DNA from: Auanema rhodensis
Lineage: Eukaryota; Animalia; Nematoda
Length of the DNA stretch: 64,000 nucleotides
Assembly (NCBI GenBank): GCA_964057225.1
Contig: OZ059894.1
Coordinates: forward strand, 20,956,001 to 21,020,000
Direction: 5' to 3'
The notes beneath the pieces were generated by a model. That model saw nothing but the letters and a program-made list of their open reading frames with translations. It had not been told where the DNA came from and ran no database searches. The position numbers and the translations under genes were made by a program. Below are positions 1 through 9,477 of the stretch, in pieces. Each line of letters begins with the position of its first letter. Position 1 is the first letter of the stretch.

Positions 1-147
1 GATATCTCGGTGCATTTTTAAGCTAGCGCAAATCTGATAACACAGATCGACGCAACTTAAAAATCCGCATCGAATGCACTATACTACATTGAGAAACGCT
101 TAATACAAAAATTAGTTATGATCGTTTGAAAAATGATGCATTAGTGT

Positions 148-175
148 ATGTTGAGTTTCCATGTACACTCAACAT
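148..175. other. Hairpin B: perfect 9-bp inverted repeat with 10-nt loop, p148-175 of every monomer
   Basis: ATGTTGAGT-ttccatgtac-ACTCAACAT; the arms are exact reverse complements. Confidence 0.9.
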
Positions 176-182
176 TGCTTCC

Positions 183-248
183 AAAAACATTTTGACAAAA
201 ATTTTTTCGAAAAATTTCGAAATAATTTAGCAAAAAGTAGATGTTTTT
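183..248. other. Hairpin D: AT-rich ~66-nt imperfect inverted repeat and A-tract region, containing the 12-bp palindrome TTTTTCGAAAAA (p203-214)
   Basis: AAAAACAT(183-190)/ATGTTTTT(241-248), TTTG(191-194)/CAAA(231-234), AAATT(199-203)/AATTT(224-228) and TTTCGA(205-210)/TCGAAA(217-222). The last pair is perfect only in p219G copies such as M1. Low complexity raises the chance expectation. Confidence 0.6.
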
Positions 249-325
249 AGATTCCATTTTTCAAGGCAAAGACGATGGACAATGGTATTTAACGAAAAAA
301 TTAATTCTTCAGGGTGAAAATCGAG

Positions 326-347
326 GATATAAGTGTGAACTTATATC
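326..347. other. Hairpin C: perfect 9-bp inverted repeat with GTGA (variant GTAA) tetraloop, p326-347 of every monomer
   Basis: GATATAAGT-gtga-ACTTATATC; the arms are exact reverse complements. Confidence 0.9.
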
Positions 348-1059
348 AGTTGATATCTCGGTGCATTTTCAAGCTAGCACAAATCTGATAACACAGAACG
401 ACGCAGCTTAAAAATCCGCATAGAATGCACTATACTACATTGAGAAACGCTTAATACAAAAATTAGTTATGATCGTTTGAAAAATGATGCATTAGTGTAT
501 GTTGAGTTTCCATGTACACTCAACATTGCTTCCAAAAACATTTTGACAAAAATTTTTTCGAGAAATTTCAAAATAATTTAGCAAAAAGTAGATGTTTTTA
601 GATTCCTTTTTTCAAGGCAAAGACGATGGACAATGTTATTCAACGAAAAAATTAATTCTTCAGGGTGAAAATCGAGGATATAAGTGTGAACTTATATCAG
701 TTGATATCTCGGTGCATTTTTAAGCTAGCTCAAATCTGATAACACAGATCGACGCAGCTTAAAAATCCGCATCGAATGCACTATACTACATTGAGAAACG
801 CTTAATACAAAAATTAGTTATGATCGTTTGAAAAATGATGCATTAGTGTATGTTGAGTTTCCATGTACACTCAACATTGCTTCCAAAAACATTTTGACAA
901 AAATTTTTTCGAAAAATTTCAAAATAATTTAGCAAAAAGTAGATGTTTTTAGATTCCTTTTTTCAAGGCAAAGACGATGGACAATGTTATTCAACGAAAA
1001 AATTAATTCTTCAGGGTGAAAATCGAGGATATAAGTGTAAACTTATATCAGTTGATATC

Positions 1060-1126
1060 TCGGTGCATTTTTAAGCTAGCGCAAATCTGATAACACAGAT
1101 CGACGCAGCTTAAAAATCCGCATCGA
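1060..1126. other. Hairpin A: 67-nt imperfect inverted repeat at p7-73 of every monomer (shown in M4)
   Basis: TCGGTGC/GCATCGA (7 pairs, one G.T), CC bulge, ATTTTTAAGCT/AGCTTAAAAAT (11 bp), A bulge, GCG/CGC, 3x3 internal loop, ATCTG/CAGAT, loop ATAACA. Total 26 pairs. Confidence 0.85.
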
Positions 1127-4100
1127 ATGCACTATACTACATTGAGAAACGCTTAATACAAAAATTAGTTATGATCGTTTGAAAAATGATGCATTAGTGT
1201 ATGTTGAGCTTCCATGTACACTCAACATTGCTTCCAAAAACATTTTGACAAAAATTTTTTCGAAAAATTTCAAAATAATTTAGCAAAAAGTAGATGTTTT
1301 TAGATTCCTTTTTTCAAGGCAAAGACGATGGACAAAGTTATTCAACGAAAAAATTAATTCTTCAGGGTTAAAATCGAGGATATAAGTGTAAACTTATATC
1401 AGTTGATATCTCGGTGCATTTTTAAGCTAGCGCAAATCTGATAACACAGAACGACGCAGCTTAAAAATCCGCATCGAATACACTATACTACATTGAGAAA
1501 CGCTTAATACAAAAATTAGTTATGATCGTTTGAAAAATGATGCATTAGTGTATGTTGAGTTTCCATGTACACTCAACATTGCTTCCAAAAACATTTTGAC
1601 AAAAATTTTTTCGAAAAATTTCAAGATAATTTAGCAAAAAGTAGATGTTTTTAGATTCCTTTTTTCAAGGCAAAGACGATGGACAATGTTATTCAACGAA
1701 AAAATTAATTCTTCAGGGTGAAAATCGAGGATATAAGTGTGAACTTATATCAGTTGATATCTCGGTGCATTTTCAAGCTAGCGCAAATCTGATAACACAG
1801 CTCGACGCAGCTTAAAAATCCGCATCGAATGCACTATACTACATTGAGAAACGCTTAATACAAAAATTAGTTATGATCGTTTGAAAAATGATGCATTAGT
1901 GTATGTTGAGTTTCCATGTACACTCAACATTGCTTCCAAAAACATTTTGACAAAAATTTTTTCGAAAAATTTCAAAATAATTTAGCAAAAAGTAGATGTT
2001 TTTAGATTCCTTTTTTCAAGGCAAAGACGATGGACAATGTTATTCAACGAAAAAATTAATTCTTCAGGGTGAAAATCGAGGATATAAGTGTGAACTTATA
2101 TCAGTTGATATATCGGTGCATTTTTAAGCTAGCGCAAATCTGATAACACAGATCGACGCAGCTTAAAAATCCGCATCGAATACACTATACTACATTGAGA
2201 AACGCTTAATACAAAAATTAGTTATGATCGTTTGAAAAATGATGCATTAGTGTATGTTGAGTTTCCATGTACACTCAACATTGCTTCCAAAAACATTTTG
2301 ACAAAAATTTTTTCGAAAAATTTCAAAATAATTTAGCAAAAAGTAGATGTTTTTAGATTCCTTTTTTCAAGGCAAAGACGATGGACAATGTTATTCAACG
2401 AAAAAATTAATTCTTCAGGGTGAAAATCGAGGATATAAGTGTGAACTTATATCAGTTGATATATCGGTGCATTTTTAAGCTAGCGCAAATCTGATAACAC
2501 AGATCGACGCAGCTTAAAAATCCGCATCGAATACACTATACTACATTGAGAAACGCTTAATACAAAAATTAGTTATGATCGTTTGAAAAATGATGCATTA
2601 GTGTATGTTGAGTTTCCATGTACACTCAACATTGCTTCCAAAAACATTTTGACAAAAATTTTTTCGAAAAATTTCAAAATAATTTAGCAAAAAGTAGATG
2701 TTTTTAGATTCCTTTTTTCAAGGCAAAGACGATGGACAAAGTTATTCAACGAAAAAATTAATTCTTCAGGGTTAAAATCGAGGATATAAGTGTGAACTTA
2801 TATCAGTTGATATCTCGGTGCATTTTTAAGCTAGCGCAAATCTGATAACACAGAACGACGCAGCTTAAAAATTCGCATCGAATGCACTATACTACATTGA
2901 GAAACGCTTAATACAAAAATTAGTTATGATCGTTTGAAAAATGATGCATTAGTGTATGTTGAGTTTCCATGTACACTCAACATTGCTTCCAAAAACATTT
3001 TGACAAAAATTTTTTCGAGAAATTTCAAAATAATTTAGCAAAAAGTAGATGTTTTTAGATTCCTTTTTTCAAGGCAAAGACGATGGACAATGTAATTCAA
3101 CGAAAAAATTAATTCTTCAGTGTGAAAATCGAGGATATAAGTGTGAACTTATATCAGTTGATATCTCGGTGCATTTTTAAGCTAGCGCAAATCTGATAAC
3201 ACAGATCGACGCAACTTAAAAATCCGCATCGAATGCACTATACTACATTGAGAAACGCTTAATACAAAAATTAGTTATGATCGTTTGAAAAATGATGCAT
3301 TAGTGTATGTTGAGTTTCCATGTACACTCAACATTGCTTCCAAAAACATTTTGACAAAAATTTTTTCGAAAAATTTCGAAATAATTTAGCAAAAAGTAGA
3401 TGTTTTTAGATTCCATTTTTCAAGGCAAAGACGATGGACAATGGTATTTAACGAAAAAATTAATTCTTCAGGGTGAAAATCGAGGATATAAGTGTGAACT
3501 TATATCAGTTGATATCTCGGTGCATTTTCAAGCTAGCACAAATCTGATAACACAGAACGACGCAGCTTAAAAATCCGCATAGAATGCACTATACTACATT
3601 GAGAAACGCTTAATACAAAATTTAGTTATGATCGTTTGAAAAATGATGCATTAGTGTATGTTGAGTTTCCATGTACACTCAACATTGCTTCCAAAAACAT
3701 TTTGACAAAAATTTTTTCGAGAAATTTCAAAATAATTTAGCAAAAAGTAGATGTTTTTAGATTCCTTTTTTCAAGGCAAAGACGATGGACAATGTAATTC
3801 AACGAAAAAATTAATTCTTCAGTGTGAAAATCGAGGATATAAGTGTGAACTTATATCAGTTGATATCTCGGTGCATTTTTAAGCTAGCGCAAATCTGATA
3901 ACACAGATCGACGCAACTTAAAAATCCGCATCGAATGCACTATACTACATTGAGAAACGCTTAATACAAAAATTAGTTATGATCGTTTGAAAAATGATGC
4001 ATTAGTGTATGTTGAGTTTCCATGTACACTCAACATTGCTTCCAAAAACATTTTGACAAAAATTTTTTCGAAAAATTTCGAAATAATTTAGCAAAAAGTA

Positions 4101-4563
4101 GATGTTTTTAGATTCCATTTTTCAAGGCAAAGACGATGGACAATGGTATTTAACGAAAAAATTAATTCTTCAGGGTGAAAATCGAGGATATAAGTGTGAA
4201 CTTATATCAGTTGATATCTCGGTGCATTTTCAAGCTAGCACAAATCTGATAACACAGAACGACGCAGCTTAAAAATCCGCATAGAATGCACTATACTACA
4301 TTGAGAAACGCTTAATACAAAATTTAGTTATGATCGTTTGAAAAATGATGCATTAGTGTATGTTGAGTTTCCATGTACACTCAACATTGCTTCCAAAAAC
4401 ATTTTGACAAAAATTTTTTCGAGAAATTTCAAAATAATTTAGCAAAAAGTAGATGTTTTTAGATTCCTTTTTTCAAGGCAAAGACGATGGACAATGTAAT
4501 TCAACGAAAAAATTAATTCTTCAGTGTGAAAATCGAGGATATAAGTGTGAACTTATATCAGTT

Positions 4564-7500
4564 GATATCTCGGTGCATTTTTAAGCTAGCGCAAATCTGA
4601 TAACACAGATCGACGCAACTTAAAAATCCGCATCGAATGCACTATACTACATTGAGAAACGCTTAATACAAAAATTAGTTATGATCGTTTGAAAAATGAT
4701 GCATTAGTGTATGTTGAGTTTCCATGTACACTCAACATTGCTTCCAAAAACATTTTGACAAAAATTTTTTCGAAAAATTTCGAAATAATTTAGCAAAAAG
4801 TAGATGTTTTTAGATTCCATTTTTCAAGGCAAAGACGATGGACAATGGTATTTAACGAAAAAATTAATTCTTCAGGGTGAAAATCGAGGATATAAGTGTG
4901 AACTTATATCAGTTGATATCTCGGTGCATTTTCAAGCTAGCACAAATCTGATAACACAGAACGACGCAGCTTAAAAATCCGCATAGAATGCACTATACTA
5001 CATTGAGAAACGCTTAATACAAAATTTAGTTATGATCGTTTGAAAAATGATGCATTAGTGTATGTTGAGTTTCCATGTACACTCAACATTGCTTCCAAAA
5101 ACATTTTGACAAAAATTTTTTCGAGAAATTTCAAAATAATTTAGCAAAAAGTAGATGTTTTTAGATTCCTTTTTTCAAGGCAAAGACGATGGACAATGTT
5201 ATTCAACGAAAAAATTAATTCTTCAGGGTGAAAATCGAGGATATAAGTGTGAACTTATATCAGTTGATATCTCGGTGCATTTTTAAGCTAGCTCAAATCT
5301 GATAACACAGATCGACGCAGCTTAAAAATCCGCATCGAATGCACTATACTACATTGAGAAACGCTTAATACAAAAATTAGTTATGATCGTTTGAAAAATG
5401 ATGCATTAGTGTATGTTGAGTTTCCATGTACACTCAACATTGCTTCCAAAAACATTTTGACAAAAATTTTTTCGAAAAATTTCAAAATAATTTAGCAAAA
5501 AGTAGATGTTTTTAGATTCCTTTTTTCAAGGCAAAGACGATGGACAATGTTATTCAACGAAAAAATTAATTCTTCAGGGTTAAAATCGAGGATATAAGTG
5601 TGAACTTATATCAGTTGATATCTCGGTGCATTTTTAAGCTAGCGCAAATCTGATAACACAGAACGACGCAGCTTAAAAATTCGCATCGAATGCACTATAC
5701 TACATTGAGAAACGCTTAATACAAAAATTAGTTATGATCGTTTGAAAAATGATGCATTAGTGTATGTTGAGTTTCCATGTACACTCAACATTGCTTCCAA
5801 AAACATTTTGACAAAAATTTTTTCGAGAAATTTCAAAATAATTTAGCAAAAAGTAGATGTTTATAGATTCCTTTTTTCAAGGCAAAGACGATGGACAATG
5901 TAATTCAACGAAAAAATTAATTCTTCAGGGTGAAAATCGAGGATATAAGTGTGAACTTATATCAGTTGATATCTCGGTGCATTTTTAAGCTAGCGCAAAT
6001 CTGATAACACAGATCGACGCAACTTAAAAATCCGCATCGAATGCACTATACTACATTGAGAAACGCTTAATACAAAAATTAGTTATGATCGTTTGAAAAA
6101 TGATGCATTAGTGTATGTTGAGTTTCCATGTACACTCAACATTGCTTCCAAAAACATTTTGACAAAAATTTTTTCGAAAAATTTCGAAATAATTTAGCAA
6201 AAAGTAGATGTTTTTAGATTCCATTTTTCAAGGCAAAGACGATGGACAATGGTATTTAACGAAAAAATTAATTCTTCAGGGTGAAAATCGAGGATATAAG
6301 TGTGAACTTATATCAGTTGATATCTCGGTGCATTTTCAAGCTAGCACAAATCTGATAACACAGAACGACGCAGCTTAAAAATCCGCATAGAATGCACTAT
6401 ACTACATTGAGAAACGCTTAATACAAAATTTAGTTATGATCGTTTGAAAAATGATGCATTAGTGTATGTTGAGTTTCCATGTACACTCAACATTGCTTCC
6501 AAAAACATTTTGACAAAAATTTTTTCGAGAAATTTCAAAATAATTTAGCAAAAAGTAGATGTTTTTAGATTCCTTTTTTCAAGGCAAAGACGATGGACAA
6601 TGTTATTCAACGAAAAAATTAATTCTTCAGGGTGAAAATCGAGGATATAAGTGTGAACTTATATCAGTTGATATCTCGGTGCATTTTTAAGCTAGCTCAA
6701 ATCTGATAACACAGATCGACGCAGCTTAAAAATCCGCATCGAATGCACTATACTACATTGAGAAACGCTTAATACAAAAATTAGTTATGATCGTTTGAAA
6801 AATGATGCATTAGTGTATGTTGAGTTTCCATGTACACTCAACATTGCTTCCAAAAACATTTTGACAAAAATTTTTTCGAGAAATTTCAAAATAATTTAGC
6901 AAAAAGTAGATGTTTTTAGATTCCTTTTTTCAAGGCAAAGACGATGGACAATGTAATTCAACGAAAAAATTAATTCTTCAGTGTGAAAATCGAGGATATA
7001 AGTGTGAACTTATATCAGTTGATATCTCGGTGCATTTTTAAGCTAGCGCAAATCTGATAACACAGATCGACGCAACTTAAAAATCCGCATCGAATGCACT
7101 ATACTACATTGAGAAACGCTTAATACAAAAATTAGTTATGATCGTTTGAAAAATGATGCATTAGTGTATGTTGAGTTTCCATGTACACTCAACATTGCTT
7201 CCAAAAACATTTTGACAAAAATTTTTTCGAAAAATTTCGAAATAATTTAGCAAAAAGTAGATGTTTTTAGATTCCATTTTTCAAGGCAAAGACGATGGAC
7301 AATGGTATTTAACGAAAAAATTAATTCTTCAGGGTGAAAATCGAGGATATAAGTGTGAACTTATATCAGTTGATATCTCGGTGCATTTTCAAGCTAGCAC
7401 AAATCTGATAACACAGAACGACGCAGCTTAAAAATCCGCATAGAATGCACTATACTACATTGAGAAACGCTTAATACAAAATTTAGTTATGATCGTTTGA

Positions 7501-9477
7501 AAAATGATGCATTAGTGTATGTTGAGTTTCCATGTACACTCAACATTGCTTCCAAAAACATTTTGACAAAAATTTTTTCGAGAAATTTCAAAATAATTTA
7601 GCAAAAAGTAGATGTTTTTAGATTCCTTTTTTCAAGGCAAAGACGATGGACAATGTTATTCAACGAAAAAATTAATTCTTCAGGGTGAAAATCGAGGATA
7701 TAAGTGTGAACTTATATCAGTTGATATCTCGGTGCATTTTTAAGCTAGCTCAAATCTGATAACACAGATCGACGCAGCTTAAAAATCCGCATCGAATGCA
7801 CTATACTACATTGAGAAACGCTTAATACAAAAATTAGTTATGATCGTTTGAAAAATGATGCATTAGTGTATGTTGAGTTTCCATGTACACTCAACATTGC
7901 TTCCAAAAACATTTTGACAAAAATTTTTTCGAAAAATTTCAAAATAATTTAGCAAAAAGTAGATGTTTTTAGATTCCTTTTTTCAAGGCAAAGACGATGG
8001 ACAATGTTATTCAACGAAAAAATTAATTCTTCAGGGTTAAAATCGAGGATATAAGTGTGAACTTATATCAGTTGATATCTCGGTGCATTTTTAAGCTAGC
8101 GCAAATCTGATAACACAGAACGACGCAGCTTAAAAATTCGCATCGAATGCACTATACTACATTGAGAAACGCTTAATACAAAAATTAGTTATGATCGTTT
8201 GAAAAATGATGCATTAGTGTATGTTGAGTTTCCATGTACACTCAACATTGCTTCCAAAAACATTTTGACAAAAATTTTTTCGAGAAATTTCAAAATAATT
8301 TAGCAAAAAGTAGATGTTTATAGATTCCTTTTTTCAAGGCAAAGACGATGGACAATGTAATTCAACGAAAAAATTAATTCTTCAGGGTGAAAATCGAGGA
8401 TATAAGTGTGAACTTATATCAGTTGATATCTCGGTGCATTTTTAAGCTAGCGCAAATCTGATAACACAGATCGACGCAACTTAAAAATCCGCATCGAATG
8501 CACTATACTACATTGAGAAACGCTTAATACAAAAATTAGTTATGATCGTTTGAAAAATGATGCATTAGTGTATGTTGAGTTTCCATGTACACTCAACATT
8601 GCTTCCAAAAACATTTTGACAAAAATTTTTTCGAAAAATTTCGAAATAATTTAGCAAAAAGTAGATGTTTTTAGATTCCATTTTTCAAGGCAAAGACGAT
8701 GGACAATGGTATTTAACGAAAAAATTAATTCTTCAGGGTGAAAATCGAGGATATAAGTGTGAACTTATATCAGTTGATATCTCGGTGCATTTTCAAGCTA
8801 GCACAAATCTGATAACACAGAACGACGCAGCTTAAAAATCCGCATAGAATGCACTATACTACATTGAGAAACGCTTAATACAAAATTTAGTTATGATCGT
8901 TTGAAAAATGATGCATTAGTGTATGTTGAGTTTCCATGTACACTCAACATTGCTTCCAAAAACATTTTGACAAAAATTTTTTCGAGAAATTTCAAAATAA
9001 TTTAGCAAAAAGTAGATGTTTTTAGATTCCTTTTTTCAAGGCAAAGACGATGGACAATGTTATTCAACGAAAAAATTAATTCTTCAGGGTGAAAATCGAG
9101 GATATAAGTGTGAACTTATATCAGTTGATATCTCGGTGCATTTTTAAGCTAGCTCAAATCTGATAACACAGATCGACGCAGCTTAAAAATCCGCATCGAA
9201 TGCACTATACTACATTGAGAAACGCTTAATACAAAAATTAGTTATGATCGTTTGAAAAATGATGCATTAGTGTATGTTGAGTTTCCATGTACACTCAACA
9301 TTGCTTCCAAAAACATTTTGACAAAAATTTTTTCGAAAAATTTCAAAATAATTTAGCAAAAAGTAGATGTTTTTAGATTCCTTTTTTCAAGGCAAAGACG
9401 ATGGACAATGTTATTCAACGAAAAAATTAATTCTTCAGGGTGAAAATCGAGGATATAAGTGTAAACTTATATCAGTT
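4564..9477 (+). repeat. Tandem duplication of a 7-monomer block (2457-bp period; M14-20 vs M21-27)
   Basis: The haplotype order is the same in both blocks. Markers p247A (5863, 8320) and p316T (5581, 8038) are both exactly 2457 bp apart. Confidence 0.85.

Noticed and set aside
1-211. Synthetic concatemer, suggested by several unique 6-cutter sites and the window starting exactly at an EcoRV site
   Set aside because: Hierarchically shared SNPs, chimeric monomers and nested duplications indicate natural array evolution. The sites are short palindromes expected by chance.
205-221. CENP-B box (TTCG....A..CGGG)
   Set aside because: Only the TTCG....A half matches; CGGG is absent.
200-320. Hammerhead ribozyme, as known from newt, schistosome and cave-cricket satellites: the minus strand has CTGAAGA (p312-306) with downstream GAAA, and the plus strand has CTGATAA at p34-40
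   Set aside because: I could not build stem II between CUGAAGA and a downstream GAAA, and the plus-strand motif lacks the conserved G of CUGANGA. An Infernal/RNAMotif search would settle it.
1-351. Repeat-protein ORF, since 351 = 117 codons keeps frame across monomers
   Set aside because: The consensus has stops in all six frames. Plus strand: TAA p19, TGA p35, TAG p24. Minus strand: TTA p18, CTA p23 and CTA p79 on the plus strand cover all three frames.
1-351. Tandem 5S rRNA, tRNA, snRNA or spliced-leader gene array
   Set aside because: I recognised no 5S sequence, tRNA cloverleaf, Pol III A/B boxes or SL exon. This was not excluded by an Rfam search, which I could not run.
326-377. Helitron 3' end (hairpin followed by CTAG) or rho-independent terminator
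   Set aside because: The hairpin is AT-rich, CTAG lies about 26 nt downstream rather than about 10-12, and no U-tract directly follows the stem. No element boundary is visible.
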